Part shown: positions 32,012-41,439 of the stretch, one piece after another
How positions within the stretch are numbered: position 1 is the first letter of the stretch
Layout of the letters: every line of letters starts with the position of its first letter
Assembly: GCA_963770835.1 (NCBI GenBank)
Contig: CAVYRH010000002.1
Location: 32,001 to 96,000 of the forward strand
Direction of reading: 5' to 3'
DNA: 64,000 nt
Origin: an uncultured Pseudomonadota bacterium
GTDB taxonomy: Bacteria; Oederibacteriota; Muellerivitia; Muellerivitales; Muellerivitaceae
Position numbers and translations under genes: made by a program
The notes under the pieces: model-generated
Told to the model about the DNA's origin: nothing
The model's input: only the letters and a program-made list of their open reading frames with translations
Databases searched by the model: none

Positions 32012-34081
32012 TTAGGCATTCGTCGAATTAAAGTCAGGCTTCCAATTCCTTTTTTCTTGAAGCCCAGGCAATTGATCAAGCTTTCTCGGTTTCTTCAATT
32101 GCGTTTTTCGAATCTTGTAGACGATGCTATTTTCACCTCTCTCCACGGGCTCCATAAAACATTCCCAAAATCGAACATATTCCTGAACCGGCATCCCTTC
32201 GAGGGTGAAATCCCTTTCCATCCGGGACATAGCCGTGGCTTCCCACTGCTGATACAGAAAATATTCAACTCCCTCTTCGTGAAGTTTTTGAGCCAGTTGT
32301 TCAGCCGTCTGGCAGCGAGAAGCCCATTGCAAGAAGATAGGCCTTTTCCATTTGAAATCAACATAGGCCGTTCTTTGGAGTGGATAGGTCTGGAACACGG
32401 CAAAAGCCATTACCTTATCCCTAGGGTCTGAATGATTTTCGATGAAACGATAAGCTGTATAAGTATCCGTATCATAGGTGTAGTGCCTCTTAAGCCTCAA
32501 GAGGGGGTCTTCTAAACCTAGGGCCGAAGCATATGGTGCAGTGGTGGTGAGTTGGGCCGAAAGACAAAGCCAAAAACTCAAGGCCGTTCCCGTCACGAAC
32601 AGGAACTTTGATCCTGACTTTTTGTCTCGAAAGGCCGCCTCCCATGCCATCGCCGCCAATAAAATTAACCCCATCGTTCCACCGGAAGCATGCCGAAGGT
32701 TGGTACACAAAAATATCCAGCCTCCCAAAAACATCGCGCTGAATAAGGCAAGAAAAGCGCCTAAACGGTCTTTAAGAACTTTCCAGGCCCAGGGCAAACT
32801 CATAAAAAAAAGCGGAGTCCAGGAGGCCGCAATCCCATTTTCACTCGTAAAAAAAGCTTTCCAAAATAAACTGAGGCGGCCCAATACTCCTAGCCCCTGT
32901 GCCAAGCCTGTATCTTGCCAGAGGTCCCTCTCCATTCCGGGCCCATAACCAAAAGGCGTTCCAAATAGAGAGGTAGCCAAAGGATAGAGGGGATTTCCAT
33001 AAGCCAACCAGCCTTTAAGAAGCCATGGGAAAAGAGGCACTATAAAAATTATTGAAAAGAGCCAATTAATTTTTAAATTTCTTTTCAGCCTAAACTTTCC
33101 ATAAAGCCAAAGAATGGCAATTGGAGCTAAAGCTAATAGGGCCGTGTATTTAATGGCGAAGGCAAATCCCAGGGAAAAAGCTGTCAAAAAGGGCCAAATC
33201 ATTTTTTCGGGTTGGACTAGGACTTTCCACAAGCAATAAACGGCCAACAACTCATAAAGGGCCAAAAACCCTTCAACATAACCCCAGGAAAACAGTGCAA
33301 GAAAAATGGGAGTGGTTAAAAAAATCCAGCTAAGCTTAACGGCGCTTCCTTTCCACTCCCTTGAGAAAAGGCACAACAACCAAATGATACAAACCGCCGC
33401 CAATGAGCTAGAAAGCTTCGAAAATGTCTCTCCTCCCATGCTCCAAAACCCGGCCAGAACTAATTCGGCGCCCTTGGGCATGTCCCCCGTGTGATTGATC
33501 CAATGAAATGGAATCTGATGCAGTCTTGAAACTTCCCGGGCGTATCGAAAATGGTCTAAAATCGCGTCCCAAATGATGGGAGCGGACAGATATTCCGAGA
33601 ACCACAAAAAGAACGGCAATGCGAAGAGCCATAATCGCTTATCTTTCCAAATTTTTTCCCAAGAAAAAGAAAGGCCCTTCCATTCCAACCACCCTCTCCA
33701 CAAGGCAGGGACAAAGAAAAGGAATACAAGTGGTCCGTATAGAATCTCATTAATCGAAAGACCAAAAACATAAATCGAAAAAAGTGAAATGCTCAGGGAA
33801 AAAGCAAGCGGTTTGGCGATCCTGTTTTCAACCTTGGGAAATAAAGAATTTTGGAGAAAACCCGTCCAACCGACGAATCCAAAACTAATCGGAATTAATA
33901 GAAAAAGGGCCGAAACCTTCTCGCTTCCTTGTTCCCATAAAAGTGAAAAATCCCACTGGGTGTCCTGCAAAAGTCTTAAGGAGGGAAAAAGCGCGTGAGC
34001 GCCGGTTCCGTAAAAACCGATACCGAAGACGAAGAGGGCAAGGATCAGGAAGGAAGCCAGGGTTTTGATCAACCATTCCAC
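32012..34081 (-). CDS. Polytopic membrane protein, putative GT-C (ArnT/PMT-like) glycosyltransferase
   Basis: P-I-I-W-D-A-I-L-D-H loop, GYVE, AIKYTA, YGNPLYP, more than 12 TMs, soluble C-terminal domain. Confidence 0.7.
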   Translation of the reverse strand: MEWLIKTLASFLILALFVFGIGFYGTGAHALFPSLRLLQDTQWDFSLLWEQGSEKVSALFLLIPISFGFVGWTGFLQNSLFPKVENRIAKPLAFSLSISLFSIYVFGLSINEILYGPLVFLFFVPALWRGWLEWKGLSFSWEKIWKDKRLWLFALPFFLWFSEYLSAPIIWDAILDHFRYAREVSRLHQIPFHWINHTGDMPKGAELVLAGFWSMGGETFSKLSSSLAAVCIIWLLCLFSREWKGSAVKLSWIFLTTPIFLALFSWGYVEGFLALYELLAVYCLWKVLVQPEKMIWPFLTAFSLGFAFAIKYTALLALAPIAILWLYGKFRLKRNLKINWLFSIIFIVPLFPWLLKGWLAYGNPLYPLATSLFGTPFGYGPGMERDLWQDTGLAQGLGVLGRLSLFWKAFFTSENGIAASWTPLFFMSLPWAWKVLKDRLGAFLALFSAMFLGGWIFLCTNLRHASGGTMGLILLAAMAWEAAFRDKKSGSKFLFVTGTALSFWLCLSAQLTTTAPYASALGLEDPLLRLKRHYTYDTDTYTAYRFIENHSDPRDKVMAFAVFQTYPLQRTAYVDFKWKRPIFLQWASRCQTAEQLAQKLHEEGVEYFLYQQWEATAMSRMERDFTLEGMPVQEYVRFWECFMEPVERGENSIVYKIRKTQLKKPRKLDQLPGLQEKRNWKPDFNSTNA

Positions 34082-34137
34082 CTTGTGGTGAGTCTGCCAA
34101 CCCGGACTCTAAGGCTTTTTGGCCACTGCCGAAAGGG

Positions 34138-34165
34138 TTGATTATCAGGAGTCGCCCGTTATAAT
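34138..34165 (+). promoter_or_regulatory. sigma70-type promoter for tRNA-Leu
   Basis: TTGATT-16 bp-TATAAT, 42 nt upstream of the tRNA. Confidence 0.6.
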
Positions 34166-34207
34166 ACGCTTCCTCGCTTTTGTAAAAAACTAGCTTTTTC
34201 AAGCGAA

Positions 34208-34291
34208 GCCCGGGTGGTGAAATGGCAGACACGTACGCTTGAGGTGCGTATGGGGAAACCCGTGCGGGTTCGAGTCCCGCCTCGGGCACCA
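34208..34291 (+). tRNA. tRNA-Leu(GAG)
   Basis: GCCCGGGTGGTGAAATGGCAGACACG TACGC-TTGAGGT-GCGTA, long variable arm, GTTCGAGTC, encoded CCA. Confidence 0.96.
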
Positions 34292-34383
34292 TTTTCGACA
34301 TATCTAAATCGAAGCTGAAGACTTCGCATACGGAAAAAGTGTAATGCTTGGCCGAAGGCCAGCGCACACCATTTTTCTCAAAT

Positions 34384-34419
34384 AAAAAGCCCTGGAACAG
34401 ATTAAGCTCCAAGGCTTTT
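34384..34419. terminator. Bidirectional terminator-like hairpin
   Basis: AAAAAGCCCTGGA..TCCAAGGCTTTTT between the convergent tRNA and CDS. Confidence 0.65.
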
Positions 34420-34443
34420 ACATTTCAAAAACTTTAAACCATC

Positions 34444-35499
34444 CTATTTCATCTTTTCCTTCAACGCCAAAGCATCCGGGTTGTCCGCTTGAAAAGACAG
34501 TGCAATCTTCAAGTAATAACCAGAGTCTTTCTTGCTCCCCATATCCAAAAGGGTGGTGGCCACTGCCGCGTAGTAGCTTGATCTCATATCATTGATAGTC
34601 TTGGCATCCACCTTTTGTTTTTGCAGTTCCGCGAATAGGGTCTTTGCCTTTTGCCCCAAAACCGCAATTTGTCCTTTTTTAATCAAGCTCGGAACCAAAT
34701 CGGTATCCAACTTTGCGGAAGCCGCTTGTGGATCCAATGGTTCGTCCCACCAACCGTTTTTCGAAGGATGGCTCGGTTTTGCGGCATTGGGGTTGGATAC
34801 CGATGCCACTGTTGTCGGGTTCGACTCAACTTTAGGTTGCGCGATGGAATCGCCCGACCATCCTGCTAAACCACCGGCTGCCGGTTTGGTTTCGGTGAAC
34901 GAGTCCCTGGTCCCATCCCACGCCAATACGTGTTCGGCCTCGCTCTCGTCCTTTGGAAAAGCCTTGGAAGAACACCAAATATCAACGCCTTCAAACCGGG
35001 CGAACACCTGGGGTGCCGTTGCATCCAAAACTTGTTTCATTTTTCCGTCTTGATAAACGAAACCTTTCAGGATCTGGCTACCCTTCAGGTCATCCCGTTG
35101 GAACACAAGGACAGGAGCGTTCTTTTCCGGGATTTTAAAAAGCCTTATCCACTGGACTGTTCCGCCTTCATCCTGAAAACTTTTTTCATACTTCTTTTGT
35201 TCCGGATTGTAGAAACAAACGTTAAAGGTTTGGTTATGGGGTTTGTCCAGCTCGCTCACCGGCGCTGATTGTCGGTAAATGAGCAAAAGATCCTTTTGGC
35301 CGATTCCCCGCATGTCCTCGAAGTCAAATAGGCCCTTGCTATCGATTTTGCCATCCTCATCCATCCAAGGAAGGTTTTCCAAAAGATGATCCGGCGGGAG
35401 GATAGAATCCATCCATTGATTCTGGGCCATGGCCGCCCCGGTTACGGCACAGTAAAATCCCACCGATAAAAGAATTGTTTTAGCATCAGTAAGTTTCAT
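34444..35499 (-). CDS. Secreted hypothetical protein with C-terminal TPR-like helix
   Basis: Signal peptide ending AMA-Q; C-terminal YLKIALSFQADNPDALAL. Confidence 0.7.
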   Translation of the reverse strand: MKLTDAKTILLSVGFYCAVTGAAMAQNQWMDSILPPDHLLENLPWMDEDGKIDSKGLFDFEDMRGIGQKDLLLIYRQSAPVSELDKPHNQTFNVCFYNPEQKKYEKSFQDEGGTVQWIRLFKIPEKNAPVLVFQRDDLKGSQILKGFVYQDGKMKQVLDATAPQVFARFEGVDIWCSSKAFPKDESEAEHVLAWDGTRDSFTETKPAAGGLAGWSGDSIAQPKVESNPTTVASVSNPNAAKPSHPSKNGWWDEPLDPQAASAKLDTDLVPSLIKKGQIAVLGQKAKTLFAELQKQKVDAKTINDMRSSYYAAVATTLLDMGSKKDSGYYLKIALSFQADNPDALALKEKMK

Positions 35500-35580
35500 T
35501 TCTTGTCTCCCAAATACTTAAGTTCAGCATACCAGCTCACAGACAGGTTGATCAGGCTTTGCGACCAATGCCGCCGATTG

Positions 35581-36585
35581 TCAAGGTTTCAACCAATCCG
35601 CCGAATGGTAAAACTCGACTGCTTTTTTTATTCCACGTCGGATGTCAAATTTGGGCTTGAACCCCAGTTCTCGCTGGATTTTCCGGTTACTGCAAACCCA
35701 ACCAGTCGCCTGGCCTTCTTTGATCTTGTCGCTGCTTACAATGGGCGGAAGGAAGGATTTCCCAGTGCACCGAGCGAACAGGTCTCCCAAAGAAGCCACC
35801 ATTCTAACGATTCCAAGGGGAACATTGAATGTTTTATATGGTTTTTTGAGTTCCCAGCCGATATGAGCGGACAGTTCGTTCCAATCCAGGCTTTTCCCGT
35901 CAGAAACAAAGTATATTTGGCCCTTTGCCTTGGAAGAATGAGCGGCCAGTAAGATGGCTTCTACTAAATCTTCCACATAAATGAAACTGACCTTTTGGGT
36001 TCCATCTCCATTGTTGACTACCAGCCCTTGGCGGACCATTTTAAAGTATTCGAAGATATCCGTTTCCCGCGGACCATAAACCGCTCCCGGCCTCAAAATC
36101 GTCACCTCGAACTTTCTTCTATAAGAAAGAACTATTTCCTCTCCCATCCTCTTGGTTTGTCCATAAAAGCTGACCGGGTGGCAAACCATTTTTTCATCAA
36201 TCTCGCCGCCCTTGGTTGAGGGTCCTGCAGCGGAAAGCGAACTGACGTAAACCAGTCGCTTGATTCCCTTTTCCGTTTCGGCGGCCCGACAGACATTTTT
36301 TGTCCCTTCGGCGTTCACTTTTTCATAGGCTGAAAAATCTGCCCCCCTAAGAAGCCCGGCCAAGTGGTAGACAATCTTGACTCCCCGCACGGCTTTCCGA
36401 AGGGATTCCAAATCCGTCACATCGCCATAGCACAATTCCATGGAAGAGGCCGGTTCGAAAGGTAAACGACTTGTCGATCTGACCAGGAGTTTGACCTTGG
36501 CCTTTTGGCGGACGAGAGCTTCGGCCAAGTGGCTTCCTACAAAACCACTGGCTCCAGTGATTAAAACAGGTGTTAATAACTTCAC
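35581..36585 (-). CDS. Extended SDR / NAD-dependent epimerase; candidate ceramide reductase (CerR-like)
   Basis: LITGASGFVG, SSLSAAGP, YGQTK (YxxxK), RPGAVYGPR; GTG at 36585 with GGAAGG; divergent from the Spt-like gene. Confidence 0.85.
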   Translation of the reverse strand: MKLLTPVLITGASGFVGSHLAEALVRQKAKVKLLVRSTSRLPFEPASSMELCYGDVTDLESLRKAVRGVKIVYHLAGLLRGADFSAYEKVNAEGTKNVCRAAETEKGIKRLVYVSSLSAAGPSTKGGEIDEKMVCHPVSFYGQTKRMGEEIVLSYRRKFEVTILRPGAVYGPRETDIFEYFKMVRQGLVVNNGDGTQKVSFIYVEDLVEAILLAAHSSKAKGQIYFVSDGKSLDWNELSAHIGWELKKPYKTFNVPLGIVRMVASLGDLFARCTGKSFLPPIVSSDKIKEGQATGWVCSNRKIQRELGFKPKFDIRRGIKKAVEFYHSADWLKP

Positions 36586-36919
36586 GTTAACCTTCCAAAA
36601 TGGACGGGACAGCAGCTCCCGCTTCGTTAATTCTGTGTATTTGCTAAAGGAGAATAAGCCTCTCCGTGTTTCACGAAATGGCAAAATGTTTGAATCGCAA
36701 GGGGGCCTATGCTTATAATGCCCACCGCTTTACCTCCAAACCTAATGGACAAGTTTTCCAAAGTCTTGAAGGCCGGATGTCTTTTACCACAAAAACGTCA
36801 AACCGTCAGCCTTTGGACAAGGGCTTTAAACCGCAAGAAGAAGTTGCCCATTGTGCGGAAAACTGCCTTTGCGACATTGTTTCTGGGTTGTTAAACAAAC
36901 CTGAATAACTAGAGGAATC

Positions 36920-38116
36920 ATGGACATTTTCGATAAAGCCAATAGTTGGACCGCTGCGGATGACGTCCGGAAAGCGGGTGTTTATCCGTACTTCCGCCCC
37001 AACACCGCACAATTAGGGACGGAGGTCACTATTGGCGGCAAGAAAATGATCATGGTAGGTTCCAACAATTACCTGGGATTGGTCACCCACCCTGAAGTGC
37101 TGGAGGCCATGATCCAGGCCATCCGCAAGTATGGCTCGGCCTGCACCGGTTCCCCCTTTCTGAATGGCACATTGGATATCCGGATAGAGTTGGAAGAAAA
37201 GCTTGCTGATTTTGTCCATATGGAGTCGGCTCTGGTTTATTCCACCGGATTCCTGGCCAACCTGGGCGCTCTCTCGACCATCGCCACCCGTGGAGATTAC
37301 ATCATATCCGACCGGGATAACCACGCTTCCATCGTGGACGGACAAAAGCTTTCCTATGCCAAGACTGTCAAATATGAGCACAACAACATGGAAGACCTCG
37401 AAAGGGTCCTCTCAAACCACAATGACAATCCCAAGTTGATCGTCACAGACGGGGTCTTTTCCATGGGCGGCGACCTCTGTAACCTACCCAAGATCGTGGA
37501 ATTAAAGAAAAAGTACAACGCCCGGCTCATGGTGGACGAAGCTCATTCTCTCGGAGTTTTGGGCCCCAATGGCGAGGGCACCGGTGCCCATTTTGGCGTT
37601 CAAAAAGATGTGGATATGATCATGGGCACTTTCTCCAAGTCCCTGGTTTCCATCGGAGGGTTCATTGCCTCCACCCATAAAGTCATCGACTACCTCCGGC
37701 ACAATAGCCGCCCCTTGATCTTCACGGCCAGCCTTTCTCCCGCCGATACGGCGGCGGCCCTGAAAAGCTTGGAAATCATCAAGCGGGAACCGGACCGCCG
37801 AGTACGCCTTTGGGCGATCATCAAACGGATGCGCTCGGAGTTCAAGGCCATGGGCTGGAACACCCTCAACACCAACTCCGCCATTATTCCTCTCATGGTG
37901 GGTGACAACATGAAAACCTTCGCAGTGACCAAAGAACTGGGGGAAATGGGCGTTTTTGCGACCCCCGTGGTTTCTCCCGCGGTTCCTCCCGAGCAGACCC
38001 TGATCCGCACCAGCTACACCGCAACCCATACAGATGCCCAACTCGACCATGTCTTGGAGAGTTTCCATAAAGTGGGGCGGAAATATGGCATCATCCCGGC
38101 GGGTGTAGCCGTCTAA
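36920..38116 (+). CDS. spt: PLP-dependent alpha-oxoamine synthase, most likely serine palmitoyltransferase
   Basis: YPYF N-terminus, GSNNYLGL, GSPFLNGT, DRDNHASI, DEAHSLG, MGTFSKS (Spt-type PLP-lysine motif), RPLIFTASL. Confidence 0.8.
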   Translation: MDIFDKANSWTAADDVRKAGVYPYFRPNTAQLGTEVTIGGKKMIMVGSNNYLGLVTHPEVLEAMIQAIRKYGSACTGSPFLNGTLDIRIELEEKLADFVHMESALVYSTGFLANLGALSTIATRGDYIISDRDNHASIVDGQKLSYAKTVKYEHNNMEDLERVLSNHNDNPKLIVTDGVFSMGGDLCNLPKIVELKKKYNARLMVDEAHSLGVLGPNGEGTGAHFGVQKDVDMIMGTFSKSLVSIGGFIASTHKVIDYLRHNSRPLIFTASLSPADTAAALKSLEIIKREPDRRVRLWAIIKRMRSEFKAMGWNTLNTNSAIIPLMVGDNMKTFAVTKELGEMGVFATPVVSPAVPPEQTLIRTSYTATHTDAQLDHVLESFHKVGRKYGIIPAGVAV

Positions 38117-38301
38117 AGGCGGCCGACCCTCGCACGAAAATCAATTTTTTTTACTCCCCGGCAACAAGCGATCCGCTAAAATCTTTCCGGTTTTCATTTC
38201 AACCAGATTTTGGAAGCCCAAAATGGATTTGCTTTTGCCATTCTCCATCCCCAGGCTTCGTTTCAAAAATTCAATTCATTTTCTCTTGAAGGAGAATCCC
38301 A

Positions 38302-39450
38302 ATGGCTGTTACCGTCAAGCCGATTGATCTGAACGACAATAAAGGTATCGAAACCTTCCTGCATCTTCCCTGGAAAGTATATGTCTCCCCTGAAGGCAAG
38401 CGTGATCCCAACTGGGTTCCCCCCTTCCTCGACGACCAACGCAGCCTTTTAAGCCTTCAAAAAAACCCTTACCATCAGCACAGCCGCACCAAGCTTTTCC
38501 TGGCCCTCAACGAGAAAAACGAGCCTGTGGGCCGTCTTTCCGTCAGCGTGGACGACAACTTTATCAAGTTCTGGAACGAAAAGATCGGTTTCTTCGGCTG
38601 GTTTGAATGCGTTAACGACGCCTCCGTTGCCCAAGCCCTTTTCCAAGAAGCGGAAAAGTTCATGAAAGAACAGGGTATGACAGCCGTCCGCGGACCCGCC
38701 AGCTTTACCTCCAACGACGACTATTTCGGCTTCCTTTTGGAAGGTTATGACTCCCCCGCCCGCATTGCCATGACCTACAACCCACCCTATTACCTCCAGT
38801 TGGCTGAAAAATGTGGCTATGCCAAGGCCAAGGACCTTTACGCCTGGTACCTCCCCGCTGCCGGGCCCTTACCGGAGCGCATGGTCAAGATCGCCGAACG
38901 CACTATGAAACGTGAAAGGATCACCGTCCGCCCCCTGGACATGAAGAACTTCGAGCGTGACACCAACATTATCCGCGAGCTTTACAACAAGATATGGGAA
39001 AAGAACTGGGGTTTCGTGCCTTTGACGGAAGCCGAGTTCCAATACCAGGCTAAGAAGCTCAAGGACATCATCTGGAACGACTTTATCCATATCGCCGAGG
39101 TGGACGGCAAAGCCGTCGGGTTCAACTTGGTGGTCAAGGATGTCAACCTAGCCCTCATTAAGATGGACGGCGAATTATTCAAATGGTCCGATCCCTTTGC
39201 CCTCGTCAAGTTCCTTTTCACGAAGTTCGACGACACAAGGGAAATGGCCATGGGTGTTCATCCCGACTATCGCAAAAAAGGCCTGGAAGTGATCCTCTAT
39301 TTGGAGGCCTTAAAGACCGGCATCAAACGCAAAATCAAGGGCGGCGAGTTATCCTGGACGTTGGAAGACAACGAAGGCATCAACAACGGCATCACGGCCA
39401 TGGGGGGCAAGGTTATTAAGAAATACCGCATCTACGAGAAAAAACTCTAA
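38302..39450 (+). CDS. GNAT-fold N-acyltransferase (YghO-like); candidate bacterial ceramide synthase (bCerS)
   Basis: DPNWVPP, GFFGWFE, RGP, YNPPYY, WEKNWGFVP, MGVHPDYRKKG, ELSWTLEDN, YRIYEK. Confidence 0.82.
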   Translation: MAVTVKPIDLNDNKGIETFLHLPWKVYVSPEGKRDPNWVPPFLDDQRSLLSLQKNPYHQHSRTKLFLALNEKNEPVGRLSVSVDDNFIKFWNEKIGFFGWFECVNDASVAQALFQEAEKFMKEQGMTAVRGPASFTSNDDYFGFLLEGYDSPARIAMTYNPPYYLQLAEKCGYAKAKDLYAWYLPAAGPLPERMVKIAERTMKRERITVRPLDMKNFERDTNIIRELYNKIWEKNWGFVPLTEAEFQYQAKKLKDIIWNDFIHIAEVDGKAVGFNLVVKDVNLALIKMDGELFKWSDPFALVKFLFTKFDDTREMAMGVHPDYRKKGLEVILYLEALKTGIKRKIKGGELSWTLEDNEGINNGITAMGGKVIKKYRIYEKKL

Positions 39451-39518
39451 AGCGATTCGCTGAAATTTGTTCACGATTCTGGCCTGGATTCTTTAAGCCT
39501 TTGACTTTGTACCGGCTT

Positions 39519-40301
39519 TCAAATCCCAAAAATCATTCCCAATTCAAATGGCATCACAATGGTGGGGCTATCCGTCGAACCATATCCCGCAAAAGAGGAT
39601 GACGTAAAATCGTAGGTTAGCTTTCCTTGTAAAAAGGTGGTAATCCCTCCACCCACACGCATTTCAAGCCCGATTCCTCCTTCAGCCAAAAAATCGAATT
39701 CGTAGGCGTTAATGGGTATGTAGGCGTAGTCGATGTCGTAGTCAACAATGGCACCCTGGTTGCTCCGGTATTCGTTATAGGAAATTCCCGGCCCGATGAA
39801 AACATAAGGGCTGATATCCGAATTGAAGATTCGGTACCGGGCCCAAAAAGCCGCTTCGATTAGGGTGAAATCACTGTAATTGGTTAGCTGGTCGTTTTGG
39901 GAGTTGAAGAGGCCCAGGTTAAAATCCAGCCAAACCGAAAATTGGTCTGTGATCTTGAGGCCGCTTCCCAGGTCCGCGTAGAGGCTTCCGGAGTAAGCTG
40001 TTTGCAAGTTCTTGCTCTTGGGAATATCCACCCCAACACCCGCCGAGGACATCCAAGGCGATGGTTTTTTAGGCTTCATGGCCTCCGGAACCGGCCCTGC
40101 GGACATCGGCGCCCAGGTAGGGGCCATAATTGGGGTGGAGGTGGGCCAGGGTGTGAAAGTGGGCGTGGAAGTATCACTGGTCGCTGGCGCACCCGACAAA
40201 ATCACGGTAGGAGTCGGCGACGGATCGCAAAAACCTATCGATAGCGCCCATGCGTGTATCAGGATTCCTAAAACCAGCGCCCAAAATATCTTTATTTTCA
40301 T
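39519..40301 (-). CDS. Secreted protein: Pro/Thr-rich linker plus putative outer-membrane beta-barrel
   Basis: Signal peptide, TSTPTFTPWPTSTP, alternating beta-strands (SPYVFIGPGISY; GGIGLEMRV; ELGMIFGI). Confidence 0.65.
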   Translation of the reverse strand: MKIKIFWALVLGILIHAWALSIGFCDPSPTPTVILSGAPATSDTSTPTFTPWPTSTPIMAPTWAPMSAGPVPEAMKPKKPSPWMSSAGVGVDIPKSKNLQTAYSGSLYADLGSGLKITDQFSVWLDFNLGLFNSQNDQLTNYSDFTLIEAAFWARYRIFNSDISPYVFIGPGISYNEYRSNQGAIVDYDIDYAYIPINAYEFDFLAEGGIGLEMRVGGGITTFLQGKLTYDFTSSSFAGYGSTDSPTIVMPFELGMIFGI

Positions 40302-40401
40302 GTCCAGTAGTTTAACCCAGCTAGAAAACATTCACAACGAAGGCTGGATTTTTCATACCATCCGGTGAAAATAAGCCTATCCAACATCAAGGAACCAAAC
40401 C

Positions 40402-40803
40402 ATGTCCATCGAATCTTACGAAGTGCTTATCCGGGAATCACATTTGGACACTTTCGGCCACGTGAACAACGCGGCCTACCTGGCCCTTTTCGAGGAAGCC
40501 CGCTGGGACTACATCACGAAGAACGGCTATGGCCTGAAAAAGGTGCAAGAACTCCAGCAGGGGCCGGTCGTGCTAGAACTCAGCATGAAATTTAAAAAGG
40601 AAATTACCCTGCGGGAAAAGATCAAAATCACAATGGAACTATTGGATCACCGGGGAAAAATCAGTCATTTTCAGCAAGAAATGATCAAGGAAGACGGAAC
40701 GATCACCACTGAGCTGGAATTGACCTTCGGCCTTTTTGACCTTAAAACTCGACGCTTGATTGATCCCACCCCCGAATGGAAAAAGGCGATCGGACTGCCA
40801 TAG
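40402..40803 (+). CDS. Acyl-CoA thioesterase (4HBT/YbgC hot-dog family)
   Basis: DTFGHVNNAAYLALFEEAR. Confidence 0.92.
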   Translation: MSIESYEVLIRESHLDTFGHVNNAAYLALFEEARWDYITKNGYGLKKVQELQQGPVVLELSMKFKKEITLREKIKITMELLDHRGKISHFQQEMIKEDGTITTELELTFGLFDLKTRRLIDPTPEWKKAIGLP

Positions 40804-40804
40804 C

Positions 40805-41338
40805 CTATCGGGTTTTCTGGGTTCGAATCGCCTTCACGAACTCGCCCAAAACTTCCCTCAAAGTTTTTGAAATCTCAGGATGGGCCACAACTTCCTCCGT
40901 CGCCATGGTTTTTCCCAAAAGCGGAACCGACACGGAAGCTTCGGAAACAAAACGGGCCGACATGGTGAGGAGCGTTTCCTTCAGGGAATCCTGGGCATGG
41001 ATGGCCCTCGGCGAGGCACTGAAAAGGGCCACCGGTTTCCCCACCATTTCACTTCCGCTTACCAGCCAATCCAGAGCATTTTTCAACGTTCCGGGTACGC
41101 CGTGGGCATATTCAGGGCTGGAAATCAGGAACCCGTCCGAAGCCCGCAACCGCTCCTTCAACGCCGTCACCCCAGGCGCTTCAATTTCCAAATCAGGGTT
41201 AAAATGCGGCAAGAGCCCGATGTCCTCATAAATCCAGATTTCAACGCCCGCCGGAGCCAAAAGGACTGCGGCCTGAAGCAGGATTTTATTTGTAGAATTC
41301 TTCCGAAGGCTTCCTGGAACCGCTAGTATCTTGATCAT
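40805..41338 (-). CDS. NADPH-dependent FMN reductase
   Basis: GSLRKNSTN, LPHFNPD, SPEYAHGVPGTLKNALDW; ATG at 41338 preferred over the track start. Confidence 0.92.
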   Translation of the reverse strand: MIKILAVPGSLRKNSTNKILLQAAVLLAPAGVEIWIYEDIGLLPHFNPDLEIEAPGVTALKERLRASDGFLISSPEYAHGVPGTLKNALDWLVSGSEMVGKPVALFSASPRAIHAQDSLKETLLTMSARFVSEASVSVPLLGKTMATEEVVAHPEISKTLREVLGEFVKAIRTQKTR

Positions 41339-41439
41339 CGGATTTCTTTCAGATTTGAAAGAATGAAAAACCATAAGGTCAGACAAACGCCATTTCAACT
41401 TGAGCCGAATCGGCTCATGAACCTCCGGAGGATAAAACA

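Noticed and set aside
33885..34412. 175-aa minus-strand ORF
   Set aside because: Antisense to tRNA-Leu and overlaps the GT-C gene start
34208..34440. tRNA-Leu as a genomic-island attachment site
   Set aside because: No integrase and no duplicated tRNA 3' end seen in the window
36666..36908. Short ORF upstream of spt as a possible acyl carrier protein
   Set aside because: No DSL phosphopantetheine motif; it overlaps the probable promoter (TTGAAT-18-TATAAT, 36690-36719) and 5' UTR
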